Source: Candidatus Thermofontivivens primus
Lineage (GTDB): Bacteria > Sysuimicrobiota > Sysuimicrobiia > Sysuimicrobiales > Thermofontiviventaceae
DNA: 45,332 nt
Assembly: GCA_031458695.1 (NCBI GenBank)
Contig: JAVKJW010000018.1
Coordinates: forward strand, 1-45,332
Direction: 5' to 3'
Shown here in pieces: positions 25,705 to 36,209 of this stretch; positions within the stretch are counted from its first letter, which is position 1; every line of letters begins with the position of its first letter. A program made the position numbers and the translations under genes. The notes beneath the pieces are model-generated. The model was not told where the DNA came from and did not search any database. It worked only from the letters and a program-made list of their open reading frames with translations.

Positions 25705-27180
25705 CCTGGCTTTCCAGTACTCTGTGTGCTGCTCGAAGGTGAACGCAGCGCGGAGGACCGTTTCCTCATCGAAAGGCCGACCCACCAATTGGAGGCCGAT
25801 GGGAAGCCCATTGGCAAAGCCGCAGGGCACCGAGATCCCCGGCAATCCCGCGAGGCTCACCGGGATGGTGAAAATATCGTTGAGGTACATCTGCAGGGGG
25901 TCAGTCACCTTCTCGCCGAGCGGGAAAGCCACCGTGGGGGAGGTCGGCATCAGAATCAAGTCGTGATCCTGGAAGGCCACATCGAAGTCCTGCTTGATGA
26001 GCGTCCGCACCTGGAGAGCCTTGAGGTAGAATGCCTCGTAGTACCCGGCGCTCAGGGCGTAGGTCCCAAGCATGATCCGCCTCTTCACCTCAGCACCGAA
26101 CCCCTCCCTGCGCGTGCGTGCGTACATGGTATAGAGGTCCCCCGCTTTCGCCCTGTACCCGTATTGGACACCATCGTAGCGGGCGAGGTTCGAGCTCGCC
26201 TCTGCGGGGGCAATGAGGTAGTAGGTAGGGAGGGCATAATCAAGGTGCGGCAGGGAGATCTCCTCACAGACCGCCCCAAGGTCGGAGAAGAGGCGGGCTG
26301 CCTGGAGGACGGCCTCCCGGACTTCAGGCTGGAGGCCTTCCACGAAGCACTCCCGAGGGATCCCAATGCGTAGCCCCCGCACTTCCACCTGCAAGGCTCG
26401 GGTGAAATCGGGGCAGGGAAGGTTCGCTGAGGTGGAATCCCTGGGATCGTTCCCCGCGATCACGTTGAGGAGGATAGCACAATCGGTGACGGTTCGAGCC
26501 ATGGGCCCGATCTGGTCGAGGGAGGAGGCGAAGGCCACGAGCCCGTAGCGGGAGACTCTCCCATAGGTGGGTTTGAGCCCGACGATCCCGCAGAGCGCCG
26601 CGGGCTGGCGGATGGAACCTCCGGTATCCGAACCCAGGGCAAGGGGAGCCATGCCAGCTGCCACCGCTGCGGCGGAGCCCCCGCTAGAACCCCCAGGGAC
26701 CCTTGTGAGATCCCAGGGGTTGCGTGTTGGTCCAAACCCAGAGTTCTCTGTGGAGGAACCCATGGCGAACTCGTCGAGGTTGGTCTTCCCGAGGATGATC
26801 GCCCCCGCTCTCCGGAGACGCTCAACCACGGTGGCATCGTAGGGAGGACGCCACCCTTCCAGAATACGCGAGGCGCAGGTGGTAGGGATGCCTTTTGTGC
26901 AAATGTTGTCCTTCACCGCCACGGGGATTCCTGCAAGGGGAGGGAGCTCTCTCCCGCTTCTCCTGGCCCCTGTCAGCACCTGCTCATCCACCTGCCGGGC
27001 CTGGGCGATGGCGCCTTCGGTGTCTACATAGAGGAAGGCGTGCAAGCGGGGATCGAGAGCATGGATGCGCTGGAGAAAAGCCTCCGTGACCTCCTGGGCA
27101 GAGATGTCACCTCGCACGAGCCGCTCACGAAGCTCAACAGCAGAGAGATCCGTGATCTGATCGGCCATCTGGAACACCAA
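25660..27180 (-). CDS. gatA: Asp/Glu-tRNA amidotransferase subunit A
   Basis: Amidase signature ([38 protein letters not shown]) and SSNLARYDG. Confidence 0.98.
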   Translation of the reverse strand: MVFQMADQITDLSAVELRERLVRGDISAQEVTEAFLQRIHALDPRLHAFLYVDTEGAIAQARQVDEQVLTGARRSGRELPPLAGIPVAVKDNICTKGIPTTCASRILEGWRPPYDATVVERLRRAGAIILGKTNLDEFAMGSSTENSGFGPTRNPWDLTRVPGGSSGGSAAAVAAGMAPLALGSDTGGSIRQPAALCGIVGLKPTYGRVSRYGLVAFASSLDQIGPMARTVTDCAILLNVIAGNDPRDSTSANLPCPDFTRALQVEVRGLRIGIPRECFVEGLQPEVREAVLQAARLFSDLGAVCEEISLPHLDYALPTYYLIAPAEASSNLARYDGVQYGYRAKAGDLYTMYARTRREGFGAEVKRRIMLGTYALSAGYYEAFYLKALQVRTLIKQDFDVAFQDHDLILMPTSPTVAFPLGEKVTDPLQMYLNDIFTIPVSLAGLPGISVPCGFANGLPIGLQLVGRPFDEETVLRAAFTFEQHTEYWKARPVTSDTVTRDKVKE

Positions 27181-27263
27181 CCCTCTCCAGTCTGCGTATA
27201 CTGCCCTGCAAGCGCACTGTTCCCCCTCACGGGATCCCGATCAAGTTTTGGTGAGCTACCCCG

Positions 27264-27554
27264 CTATTCCTCAAATACCCTGGGGACCTTGAAGTAGCCC
27301 TCCTCCTGGTCCGGCGCTTCATCCAAGACCACTTCCCTCTCCAGGGAGGGGGTCACCACATCCTCCCGAAAGACATTGCGCATCGGGATCACATGCGAGG
27401 TCGGAGGGATGCCTGTCGTATCGAGCTCATTGAGCTTGCTGAAGTACTCAAGGATTCGGCTCAGCTGCTCGCGGAAGAGCTCCCGTTCCTCGCGAGTCAG
27501 CTCCAGACGGCTCAACTTCGCCACATACTCGACGGTGTGATCATCAATGGCCAT
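27264..27554 (-). CDS. gatC: Asp/Glu-tRNA amidotransferase subunit C
   Basis: VAKLSRLEL, LNELDT, PTSH, FRED and YFKVPRV; upstream of gatA. Confidence 0.97.
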   Translation of the reverse strand: MAIDDHTVEYVAKLSRLELTREERELFREQLSRILEYFSKLNELDTTGIPPTSHVIPMRNVFREDVVTPSLEREVVLDEAPDQEEGYFKVPRVFEE

Positions 27555-27587
27555 GGGTCACCTCACGCTCCTCGCGGCACACCCTTA

Positions 27588-27596
27588 ATGGTAGCA
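27588..27596 (-). promoter_or_regulatory. Possible extended -10 promoter for gatCAB
   Basis: TGcTACCAT on the minus strand, ~34 nt upstream of gatC. Confidence 0.4.
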
Positions 27597-27650
27597 CATC
27601 CAAGCGCCCCATGACCACCGACGAATCCCCCTCCCTGGGGCAAGTACAGG

Positions 27651-27690
27651 GAAAGCCCCAGCAGAATCTTTCGACAAAATTGTGCTGGGG
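27651..27690 (-). terminator. Hairpin after ABC permease gene (terminator/REP-like)
   Basis: CCCCAGCA...TGCTGGGG stem 3 nt after the stop codon, followed by CTTT on the minus strand. Confidence 0.55.
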
Positions 27691-27693
27691 ACC

Positions 27694-28647
27694 CTACATC
27701 GTCCCCCGCAGGCGCGGGTCGAGGATATCTCGAAAGGCGTCTCCTAGCAGGTTCCAGCCGAGAACAAAGAGGAAAATGGCCAGACCAGGGAAGAAGAGCG
27801 TGTACCAGTACTGGAAGGGATCGCCTGCGACACCGATGATGTACTGGCGGGAGAAGCTGGCAAGCTGGCCCCAGTCGGCATAGCCTGTGGGCGCGCCAAG
27901 CCCCAAGAAGCTCAGGGCAGCGGCGACCAGGACGACGGCGCCCATATCCAGGGAAGCCACCACGAGAACAGGGTAGATGGTGTTCGGCAGGATGTGACGA
28001 AGGATGATGCGCCAGTCACTCTCCCCAAGCGCCCGCGCGGCCTCCACAAAGTCTCGTTCCTTCACCGAGAGGACCTCTCCGCGCAGCAACCTGGAATAGG
28101 TCGGCCACCAGACCAGGATGAGGGCGATCATCACTTTCTCCAGACCCTGCCCCAGGATCGCCACCACAACGACCGCGAGGACTAAACCAGGGAAGGCGTA
28201 GAAAATATCCACGAGGCGCATTAGGGCTTCATCAAGCTTCCCTCCGTAGTATCCAGCAAGCGCCCCAAGGAGAATCCCAATGAGAACGGAGACCCCCACG
28301 ACGACGATTCCTACCTTGAAGGCCGTTCTGGTCCCCCAGATCACCCCGTAATAGATGTCAAACTGCTGCTCCGTGGTCCCGAAAGGGTGTGCCCGGCTTG
28401 GCGGGAGCGGATCGGGGGAATACCCCTCATGGGGGATCATGTAGGGATCACGCCATCCTTCCGGGGGCGGTGCGAAGACCGGGGCAAGGATCGCGATGAG
28501 GATGAACAACAGAATGATCACCGTTCCCGCCAGGGAGAGCTTGTTCCTAATAAGCCGCCTAACAAACCACACAAGCCCGGAGACGGGAACACGCTCCAGC
28601 TCCACAGGAACTGCCTTTTTAGGGATCTTCTCAATAACCTTCGCCAT
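27694..28647 (-). CDS. Peptide/nickel ABC transporter permease (OppC/DppC family), module 1
   Basis: HPFGT, EAA loop (FVEAARALG), HILPN and LGDAFRDILDP. Start MAKVI at 28647; the track extension reads through a repeat. Confidence 0.93.
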   Translation of the reverse strand: MAKVIEKIPKKAVPVELERVPVSGLVWFVRRLIRNKLSLAGTVIILLFILIAILAPVFAPPPEGWRDPYMIPHEGYSPDPLPPSRAHPFGTTEQQFDIYYGVIWGTRTAFKVGIVVVGVSVLIGILLGALAGYYGGKLDEALMRLVDIFYAFPGLVLAVVVVAILGQGLEKVMIALILVWWPTYSRLLRGEVLSVKERDFVEAARALGESDWRIILRHILPNTIYPVLVVASLDMGAVVLVAAALSFLGLGAPTGYADWGQLASFSRQYIIGVAGDPFQYWYTLFFPGLAIFLFVLGWNLLGDAFRDILDPRLRGTM

Positions 28648-28670
28648 CGCAGGCACCCTCGTGTATTTTT

Positions 28671-28764
28671 GTGAGTCGTGAGTCGTAAGTCGTGAGTCGT
28701 TTTCACGACTCACGGTTTTCTGCTCTCTCGACTTACGATTCACGACTCACGACGTCCGACTCAC
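28671..28764. repeat. Inverted 7-bp tandem arrays (GTGAGTC)n ... (GACTCAC)n
   Basis: Four GTGAGTC-type units at 28671-28698, then GACTCAC-type units at 28707, 28730, 28737, 28744 and 28758. Confidence 0.92.
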
Positions 28765-29786
28765 CTCAACCGGATCCGGGGATCCACGTACGCGTAGAGG
28801 ATATCGGCCACAAGGTTCCCAAAGACGGTCAAGGTCGCGAAGAAGAGGGCGAACCCCGCCACCGCCGGGATATCCAGATGAAGGGCCGCCGCGGCCCCCC
28901 ATCGGCCGATCCCCGGGTATTCGAACACCGTCTCCGTGATCACCACCCCACCAAGCAACCCCACAAACAGGAGACTGCTGAGGGTGATCACCGGGATCAG
29001 CGCGTTCTTGCGCGCATGTTTATTGATAACCACAGGTTCCGCTAGCCCCTTAGACCTCGCCGTTCGCACGTAATCCTGGCGCAGGACCTCCAGCATCGAC
29101 GATCGCGTGATACGCACGAGGAGGGCTGTGTCGTGGACGGTCAGGGTCAGCACTGGCAAAGCCAAGTGACGGAGAGCATCCACAAAGATCCAGAACTCGC
29201 CATTGAGCAGGGCATCCACGGTCAAGAGCCCAGTGAACCTGCGGAATTCCGGCGAGTTCACATAGAGGCTGGCCTCCAGGGAGAGGCGTCCGGGAGGGAA
29301 CCAGCGGAAGTGCCCATAGAAGAGCATTAAGAGGAAGAGCCCCCAGATGAATGTAGGGAGGGAGTACCCGCTGATCCCGAAGAACCGGGAGAGGTGGTCA
29401 ATGATCCTGTCCCTGTGGACGGCCGAGAGCGTCCCCAGCCAGATCCCCACAAGCAGAATGGGGATAAACGAGAGCAAGGCGAGCTCGAAGGTATTGGGAA
29501 AGAACGATTTGATGGCTTGGAGGACCGGCATCCTCGCTGTCTCCGACCACCCCCAGTTCCCTGTGAAGACCGCCTTCATCCAATTCCAGTACTGGATGTA
29601 AAAAGGAGCGTCGAGCTGGTAGGTCTTGATGATCTCGTGGAGCGCCTGGAGTTGCCTCGGATCGGTGACGAACAGGGCCGCCCGCATCGTCGGAGAAAGG
29701 AGCTGCAGAAGGATAAAGATGAGGAGCGTCACCCCGAAGGCAACGATGGGAAGGAGGACAAGGCGCCGCGCAATGTAAGCAGTCAT
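28761..29786 (-). CDS. Peptide/nickel ABC transporter permease (OppB/DppB family), module 1
   Basis: MTAYIARR, RSSMLEVLRQDYVRTARSKG and YAYVDPRIR. Confidence 0.94.
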   Translation of the reverse strand: MTAYIARRLVLLPIVAFGVTLLIFILLQLLSPTMRAALFVTDPRQLQALHEIIKTYQLDAPFYIQYWNWMKAVFTGNWGWSETARMPVLQAIKSFFPNTFELALLSFIPILLVGIWLGTLSAVHRDRIIDHLSRFFGISGYSLPTFIWGLFLLMLFYGHFRWFPPGRLSLEASLYVNSPEFRRFTGLLTVDALLNGEFWIFVDALRHLALPVLTLTVHDTALLVRITRSSMLEVLRQDYVRTARSKGLAEPVVINKHARKNALIPVITLSSLLFVGLLGGVVITETVFEYPGIGRWGAAAALHLDIPAVAGFALFFATLTVFGNLVADILYAYVDPRIRLR

Positions 29787-29801
29787 ACGAGATCCCAGAC
29801 T

Positions 29802-29838
29802 CGCGGGCTGGGGGTCGGTCCACGACCCCCAGCCCGCG
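29802..29838. other. Perfect 16-bp stem-loop between SBP and permease genes
   Basis: CGCGGGCTGGGGGTCG-GTCCA-CGACCCCCAGCCCGCG, with no U-tract. Confidence 0.85.
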
Positions 29839-29846
29839 TCCACCTC

Positions 29847-31604
29847 CTATCCCTTGGAGATCGGGTAGAAGTAGGTCCCAGGATGGATGGGGTTGTAGTA
29901 GTAGCCGCGCACCCAGCTCCTGAGAACTGTGAAGACCACCGGGCTCACCAGGTAGAGCTGGGGAACTTCCTTATACGCCATATCCACCAGCTTGAAGTAG
30001 AGAGCCTCCCGCTTCTTCGGATCAGGCTCGCTCTTCGCCTGCTCGATCAGCTTGTCCATCTCTGGGTTCGCGTACTTCTGGACAAACGGGAAGGTCCCCT
30101 TGCTGTGCAGGAAGTGGAAGGCGAAGTTATGCGGATCAGGGTAGTCCGCCAGCCACCCGATGAAGAACACCGGCAGCTTGTGGGCGTCCATCTCGGCAAG
30201 GTAAGTTGGCCACGGCAATGCCCGGATGTCCACCTTGAACTTGGGGTTCAGGGCCTCGATGTTCTCCTTAAGCATGCGGGCCCCGATCTCCCGGGGGACG
30301 TTCCCGGCGTTATACAGGATGGTCAGCTTGAAACCGTTGGTCCAGACCCTTCCGCCCCAGGCCTCCCGGAATTCGGCGATGGCCTTCTCTTTGCTGTACG
30401 TGTAGTACTCCTGCCTTGGGTTATAGCCGAGCATCCCAGGCGGGATCGGTCCCTTGGGCACGACTCCCTTCCCGCGGTAGGCGTCGCGTAGGAAGGCCCC
30501 GTAATCGAAGGAGTAGGCGAACGCCCTGCGCACATGGACATCCTTGAAGAAATCTGGTGGGATGCCATTCCCGTCGAGCTTCCCGCTCCCGATGTGGGGG
30601 CTTGTGGGGTCGATCTCAAAGGTGAAGAAGACCGCAGGGCTGATCAGGTACTGGGGCAGGTCGTCGATGATGCGCACGCCCTCCACACCCTGGACTTGAG
30701 GCAGCTCACGGCGGGAGAGGGCGATCTGGTCTGCATCGCCGGCCTTGATCATAAGGATGCGCGTGGCCGCCTCTTCCACGGTCTTGATGATCACCCTCTT
30801 CAACTTCGGGGGTGTGCGCCAGTAGTTATCGTTCCGCTCCAGGATAACCTCCCTGGCTGCCCTGTCCCAACGCACCAGCCTGAAGGGGCCGGTCCCGTTG
30901 GCCTTGGCGAAGAAGGCGGTGTCCTCCTTCTTGGGGTTGTTAAACTTCCGCATGGTCTCCCGCGTGCCGTCCCAGTCGCCATTGGCAGCAGCCCACTTCC
31001 TGGAGACGACATACGACCACTGGGCCATGATGGAGAGGAACGGCCCAAAGGGCTCCTTGAGCGTGATCACCACGTTGTTCCCCTGCACCCGCACAGCGCG
31101 CGTGAGGTCGGAATAGGTGACCTTGATGTTCCCCTTTTCGTCGCGGGTGCTCGCGACACCCAGGATAGGCTCAAGGAGCAGGGAGGAAGGTCCACCGGCG
31201 CGGTCAATCCACAGGAACCGGCGGATGGAGTAGGCGACGTCTTCAGGGGTCAGCGGGGTGCCGTCGTGGAACTTGACGCCCTGGCGAATCGGAAAGGTGT
31301 AGGTCCTGCCGTCCTTGGAGATCAGCCCATTGGCCACGCTAGGGACCTGCGTCGCGATCCCCGGGACGAACCGGTCGGTCCTGCTCCCGTCGTAGAAAAT
31401 AAGGGTATCATAGACGTTAAAGATGACTTCGAAACTAGCCGTATCATAAGCCCAAGCGTAATCCAGCGTCTCCGGATCCCCAATGGTCGCCAGGATAAAC
31501 GTGTCCGGATTCTTCACCGCCTGGGCACTGGAGGGAACTCCTGTCAGGAAAACTAGCGAGAGGACGAGGACCAACGTCACCATCCCACCGATCGTTCTCC
31601 TCAT
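29847..31604 (-). CDS. Family-5 ABC substrate-binding protein, module 1
   Basis: Signal peptide, YTFPIRQGVKFHDG, GTGPF and GWLADYPDP. Confidence 0.94.
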   Translation of the reverse strand: MRRTIGGMVTLVLVLSLVFLTGVPSSAQAVKNPDTFILATIGDPETLDYAWAYDTASFEVIFNVYDTLIFYDGSRTDRFVPGIATQVPSVANGLISKDGRTYTFPIRQGVKFHDGTPLTPEDVAYSIRRFLWIDRAGGPSSLLLEPILGVASTRDEKGNIKVTYSDLTRAVRVQGNNVVITLKEPFGPFLSIMAQWSYVVSRKWAAANGDWDGTRETMRKFNNPKKEDTAFFAKANGTGPFRLVRWDRAAREVILERNDNYWRTPPKLKRVIIKTVEEAATRILMIKAGDADQIALSRRELPQVQGVEGVRIIDDLPQYLISPAVFFTFEIDPTSPHIGSGKLDGNGIPPDFFKDVHVRRAFAYSFDYGAFLRDAYRGKGVVPKGPIPPGMLGYNPRQEYYTYSKEKAIAEFREAWGGRVWTNGFKLTILYNAGNVPREIGARMLKENIEALNPKFKVDIRALPWPTYLAEMDAHKLPVFFIGWLADYPDPHNFAFHFLHSKGTFPFVQKYANPEMDKLIEQAKSEPDPKKREALYFKLVDMAYKEVPQLYLVSPVVFTVLRSWVRGYYYNPIHPGTYFYPISKG

Positions 31605-31814
31605 CGTTTACCCCTCCCAAAGGTAAGGATTGAGTTGCTCGTTGTTTCGGCTTTCACCTCCCCTACACAAAAATTATACCTCCCACCCATTCCCTTTGTC
31701 CTCCCATCTCAGCAGCCCCAACGGGACTCTTGCCAGAGAACTTAGCTACTGGGGACATGGCTTTACACCCTACACCATGCGTGGCGTTCCGTAGAATCTT
31801 CCAAGGAAGGAGGC

Positions 31815-32846
31815 TCACTCTCTGGCTCCTGCCTCCTTTTTGATCACGGCGGCCTTGCTGCGCTGCGTCTTGAAGGGCAGCACCCAGCAGGCGGCGTAGT
31901 GGCCAGGCGCAACCTCCTCCAGCGGCGGTTCCTCCACCCTGCACTGGTCCCGCGCATACAGACAGCGCGTATGGAAGCGGCACCCTGGGGGTGGGTTGAC
32001 CGGGCTGGGAACGTCCCCGGGGAGGATGATGCGCTCCCGTTTCACCTCTGGATCCGGGATAGGAACGGCCGAGAGTAGGGCCTCGGTGTAAGGGTGCTGG
32101 GGGTTCTCGAAAAGTTGGTCTGTAGGCGCAAGCTCTACGATCTTCCCCAGGTACATCACGGCAACCCTGTCGCTGATGTGTCGGACCACGGAGAGGTCGT
32201 GGGCGATGAACAGGTAGGTGAGTTTGAACTCTTTCTGGAGATCTTCAAGAAGGTTGAGGATCTGGGCCTGGATGGAGACGTCAAGAGCGGAGACGGGCTC
32301 ATCACAGATAATGAGCTTGGGGTTCAACGCCAAGGCCCGGGCAATGCCGATGCGTTGTCTCTGGCCACCGCTAAACTCGTGAGGATAGCGGTTGACGTGG
32401 TAAGGGGAGAGGCCGACTACCTCGAGGAGCTCCTGGACGCGCCGCAACTTCTCCCTCCCGCGAGCGATGTTGTGGATCTCCAGCGGCTCCCCAACGATAT
32501 CCCCCACGGTCATCCGGGGGTTCAAGGAGGAGTAGGGATCCTGGAAGATGATCTGCATGTCCCGGCGCATCCGCCGGAGTTCTTCTTTATTGAGGGCAAA
32601 GACATTCTTCCCCTCGAAGATCACCTCTCCAGCGGTGGGCTCTTGGAGCCGGAGGATCACCCTCCCTGTGGTCGTCTTTCCACACCCCGACTCCCCAACG
32701 AGCCCGAGGGTTTCCCCACGGCGGATGGTAAAGGAAACGCCATCGACCGCCTTGACCGCACCCACCTGGCGTTGGAAGATGAACCCCTTGGTAATGGGGA
32801 AGTACTTCTTGAGGTTTCTCACCTCGAGGATCGTCTCATCCTGCAC
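31815..32846 (-). CDS. Oligopeptide ABC ATPase (OppF/DppF family)
   Basis: [24 protein letters not shown] and a C-terminal GCRFHTRC Cys tail. Confidence 0.95.
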   Translation of the reverse strand: MQDETILEVRNLKKYFPITKGFIFQRQVGAVKAVDGVSFTIRRGETLGLVGESGCGKTTTGRVILRLQEPTAGEVIFEGKNVFALNKEELRRMRRDMQIIFQDPYSSLNPRMTVGDIVGEPLEIHNIARGREKLRRVQELLEVVGLSPYHVNRYPHEFSGGQRQRIGIARALALNPKLIICDEPVSALDVSIQAQILNLLEDLQKEFKLTYLFIAHDLSVVRHISDRVAVMYLGKIVELAPTDQLFENPQHPYTEALLSAVPIPDPEVKRERIILPGDVPSPVNPPPGCRFHTRCLYARDQCRVEEPPLEEVAPGHYAACWVLPFKTQRSKAAVIKKEAGARE

Positions 32847-32889
32847 CGTTTCTCCCCTCCCACTTCTCTCCTCAATTCAATGGTATTTC

Positions 32890-32927
32890 ACGCGACAGAC
32901 GCAACCACGCAATCAACGCGATAAACC
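32890..32927. repeat. 9-bp ACGCRATRA-type tandem repeat x4
   Basis: ACGCGACAG-ACGCAACC-ACGCAATCA-ACGCGATAA, abutting the ATPase stop codon. Confidence 0.7.
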
Positions 32928-33971
32928 CTATACTTCCCGCGTGGAAACGGCAAGCCCAACCTTCACCGCCTCCCGCTTCTTCTCCTCCGTAGCCCGGTCG
33001 GTGTACAGCCAGCACCTCGCCATGTGCGCCTCGTTCACCTGGACATCTGGAGGGTCCTCCCGTGGGCAGATCTCCATGGCGAAGGGACACCGCGGCGTAA
33101 AGGGGCATCCCGGAGGGAGATCGATGAGGCTCGGCGGTTGTCCCTCGATGGGGACCAGCCGCTCCTTCCGGCCGTAGAGCCTAGGGATAGAGTGCAGCAG
33201 GCCCCACGTGTACGGGTGTTTGGGATCCTTAAAGATTGTGCGCACATCCGTGTGCTCCACCGGTTTTCCGGCGTACATCACCACGACCTCGTCCGCCATC
33301 TCGGCAATGACACCAAGGTTGTGGGTGATCAGAATGATGGCCGCGTTGAACTCCTGCTGCAGCTCCCGCATGAGGTCCAGGATCTGCGCTTGAATGGTCA
33401 CGTCCAGCGCGGTCGTTGGCTCGTCTGCAATCAGGATGGAGGGGTTACAGGAGAGGGCCATGGCGATCATGACGCGCTGGCGCATCCCCCCGCTGAACTG
33501 GTGGGGGTAGTCCTTGACGCGCTCTCGGGCCAGAGGGATCTTGACCTTCTCCAGCATCTCCACCGCCCGGTCCCAGGCCTCCTTGCGCCCGAGCCCTTGA
33601 TGAAGCATCACCGCCTCAGCGATCTGCTCGCCAATCGTGAGAACCGGGTTCAGGGAGGTCATGGGCTCCTGGAAGATCATGGCGATACGGTTTCCTCGGA
33701 TGCGCCGCATCTCCTCCTCCGTGAGTTTGAGCAGGTCCCGCCCCTCGAACCAGACCTCCCCGCTCACGATCTTCCCAGGAGGCTGGGGAATCAACCGCAT
33801 GATGCTGAGTGCGTGCACGCTCTTCCCGCACCCGGACTCCCCCACAATGCCCAGGGTTTGGCCTCGGTAAAGGTCGTAGCTCAGCCCGTCTACTGCCTTG
33901 ACCACGCCTTCATCAGTATAGAAGTAAGTTTTTAAGTTCCTCAACGACAGGAGCGGTTCTGCCACTTCCAT
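32928..33971 (-). CDS. Oligopeptide ABC ATPase (OppD/DppD family)
   Basis: [34 protein letters not shown] and GCPFTPRC. Confidence 0.95.
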   Translation of the reverse strand: MEVAEPLLSLRNLKTYFYTDEGVVKAVDGLSYDLYRGQTLGIVGESGCGKSVHALSIMRLIPQPPGKIVSGEVWFEGRDLLKLTEEEMRRIRGNRIAMIFQEPMTSLNPVLTIGEQIAEAVMLHQGLGRKEAWDRAVEMLEKVKIPLARERVKDYPHQFSGGMRQRVMIAMALSCNPSILIADEPTTALDVTIQAQILDLMRELQQEFNAAIILITHNLGVIAEMADEVVVMYAGKPVEHTDVRTIFKDPKHPYTWGLLHSIPRLYGRKERLVPIEGQPPSLIDLPPGCPFTPRCPFAMEICPREDPPDVQVNEAHMARCWLYTDRATEEKKREAVKVGLAVSTREV

Positions 33972-33982
33972 CCCTCCCTTAG

Positions 33983-34027
33983 TACGGTCTACACGCTCTG
34001 CACGGTCTACACAGTCTACACGGTCTT
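33983..34027. repeat. 9-bp CACGGTCTA tandem repeat x5
   Basis: TACGGTCTA-CACGCTCTG-CACGGTCTA-CACAGTCTA-CACGGTCTT, next to the oppD-like RBS. Confidence 0.85.
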
Positions 34028-34104
34028 AGCGTATGTGTCGATCTCGCCTGTCCAGAGGAAGATTCGGCTCACTGGGATGTTTTCCCTTGTCACTTTTTAT
34101 GTTC

Positions 34105-35004
34105 CTATACCTTAAGCCTTGGATCCAGTGCATCGCGTAGCCCATCCCCAAGGAAATTGAAACACAATACGGTCAAGAAAATCATCGCTCCCGGCCACAC
34201 TGCCAGCCAGGGAGCTGTCCAAATAAAGTCCTGGGCATTCTGCAACATGTTTCCCCAGCTTGGCGTAGGTGGCTGGATCCCCACTCCGAGGAAGCTCAAG
34301 GCTGCCTCCAAAAGGATAGCCGACCCTACCGTCAAGGTAGCGGCGACAATGACGGGGGCCAGCGCGTTGGGGATGAGATGGCGCACCAGGATCCGCACAT
34401 CGCTTGCCCCCATGGCCCTTGCCGCCTCAGTGAAATCCTGGTTCCTTAATTTGAGGATCTCTCCACGGACCAAACGCGCAGTCCCCATCCAAGCGAACAG
34501 AGTCAGCACGAACACGATCCCCACAACGCTCCCACCCATATACCTAGCCAGGATGATAATCACCGGGAGGTCGGGTATGGAGAGCATGATGTCGGTGATC
34601 CGCATGAGAACGTTGTCCAGCCACCGGCCATAGAATCCCGCAAGCCCCCCAATGAGGGTTCCAAAAAACGCCGAGGTAAGGGCAGCTGAGAATCCCACAG
34701 TGAGGGAGATCCTCCCAGCATACAGGAGCCTCGTGAGGACGTCGTGACCTAGGTCGTCTGTGCCCAGAAGATGCTTGAGGCTTGGAGGGGCCTTGCGGTT
34801 GAGGAGGTCGATCTGCTCAAAACTATATGGCGTAAGGTAAGGAGCGAAGATGGCCAGGAGGAGAAAGAGCAAGATCACCGCCCCTCCCAGCAGAGCAACC
34901 CTATGGTGCTTAAACCGCCGCCAGGCAATCTGCCAGTAGCTCTGGCCAACGGCGACCCCAGCAGGAACAGCCCTTTCTGGAATGGCTACTGCATTCCGCG
35001 CCAT
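34105..35004 (-). CDS. Peptide ABC permease (OppC family), module 2
   Basis: HLLGTDDLG, EAARAMGA, PSWGNML and [11 protein letters not shown]. Confidence 0.94.
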   Translation of the reverse strand: MARNAVAIPERAVPAGVAVGQSYWQIAWRRFKHHRVALLGGAVILLFLLLAIFAPYLTPYSFEQIDLLNRKAPPSLKHLLGTDDLGHDVLTRLLYAGRISLTVGFSAALTSAFFGTLIGGLAGFYGRWLDNVLMRITDIMLSIPDLPVIIILARYMGGSVVGIVFVLTLFAWMGTARLVRGEILKLRNQDFTEAARAMGASDVRILVRHLIPNALAPVIVAATLTVGSAILLEAALSFLGVGIQPPTPSWGNMLQNAQDFIWTAPWLAVWPGAMIFLTVLCFNFLGDGLRDALDPRLKV

Positions 35005-35013
35005 CTCAAGGTC

Positions 35014-35067
35014 CCTTCGAGTCTATCGCGTCTGTAGCGTTTATTGCCTCTAAATGCGTCGTCGCTT
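35014..35067. repeat. Degenerate 9-bp repeat, reverse complement of the ACGCRATRA family
   Basis: CTATCGCGT-CTGTAGCGT-TTATTGCCT-CTAAATGCGT-CGTCGCTT fills most of the intergenic gap. Confidence 0.6.
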
Positions 35068-36033
35068 CTAATCATACCTTATTCTGGGATCCAGCAACGC
35101 GTAAGCAATGTCCGCCAGAAGGTTGAACACGATTACCAGAAGCGCCAGGAAGACAATGATCGCCTGAGCAACGGCGAAGTCCGCGCCTAGGACCGCTTCT
35201 ACGAGCAGCCTTCCGATCCCCGGCCACGCGAATACCGTTTCCGTCAAGGGAGCTCCCGCGAACAGGGCGGGGATGGAGAGGGCGAGGATGGTCACGATGG
35301 GGATCAAGGCGTTTCGCAGAGCATGCTTGTTGATTACGACGCGCTCCGGTAACCCTTTGGACCTGGCTGTGCGCACGTAGTCTTGCCGGATCACCTCCAG
35401 CATGCTCGATCGGGTGTATCGTGTCAGCGCCGCCATCTGCAGCAGGGAAAGAACGACCGTCGGGAGGATCATATACCGGATCCGATCGAGGTAGAAGGGG
35501 AGCCCTTCTGGCACGCCGGGCGTGGCGAATCCGCCAGGGGGGAGCCACTTTAAGATCACCGCAAAAAAGTAGATCATCATGATGCCGAACCAGAAGGCGG
35601 GGATAGAGACCCCAAAAAAGGCGAAGAACGTGGCAAAATAATCCATGGGGGAGTACTGGTGCAGGGCTGAGTATACCCCCACGGGGATCGCCACGATGAG
35701 GGCCAGGAAGAAAGCAGGTACCGTGAGCCAGAGGCTGTTGCTCACCCGCGCCAGGACGAGCTGGAGCACCGGCTCCTTGTATGTCATCGAGTACCCGAAG
35801 TCCCCCACCGCAGCCCGGCTCAACCACTTGAAGTACCGCACATAGATGGGTTGGTCGAGCCCATACAAATGCTTCAAACGGGCGACGTCCTGCGGGCGGA
35901 CGTTGGGATTCCCAAAGATCAAGAAATCTACCGGATCCCCAGGCGCCAGGACCAGCAACAAGAAGATGATGACCGAGAGCCCCAGCACGAGGGGGATCAT
36001 CTGGAATAGCCGCCGCACGAGATATCGTCCCAT
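35068..36033 (-). CDS. Peptide ABC permease (OppB family), module 2
   Basis: MGRYLVRR, PGDP, RSSMLEVIRQDYVRTARSKG and LDPRIRY. Confidence 0.94.
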   Translation of the reverse strand: MGRYLVRRLFQMIPLVLGLSVIIFLLLVLAPGDPVDFLIFGNPNVRPQDVARLKHLYGLDQPIYVRYFKWLSRAAVGDFGYSMTYKEPVLQLVLARVSNSLWLTVPAFFLALIVAIPVGVYSALHQYSPMDYFATFFAFFGVSIPAFWFGIMMIYFFAVILKWLPPGGFATPGVPEGLPFYLDRIRYMILPTVVLSLLQMAALTRYTRSSMLEVIRQDYVRTARSKGLPERVVINKHALRNALIPIVTILALSIPALFAGAPLTETVFAWPGIGRLLVEAVLGADFAVAQAIIVFLALLVIVFNLLADIAYALLDPRIRYD

Positions 36034-36209
36034 ACTCTCTAGTCTACTTCCTCACCTCGACAATAGACTACTTGAATGTCTCCAACCACAGGATCCCAGC
36101 GAAATCCTCAAAAGGTTCCATTAGGCTTTCTTCGTTCAGGGGCAAGGGAGAGGGCAGGCTACGGGTTTGTGAACCGGAACCTGCCCCCTCCTATGGTCGT
36201 ACCAGCCAG

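Noticed and set aside
27555..27693. T-box leader upstream of gatC
   Set aside because: There is no T-box consensus (AAGGTGGCACCGCG-like) and too little room for stem I.
31600..31660. Leader peptide upstream of the module-1 SBP
   Set aside because: The candidate GTG lies within the SD-like sequence itself, so there is no usable spacing.
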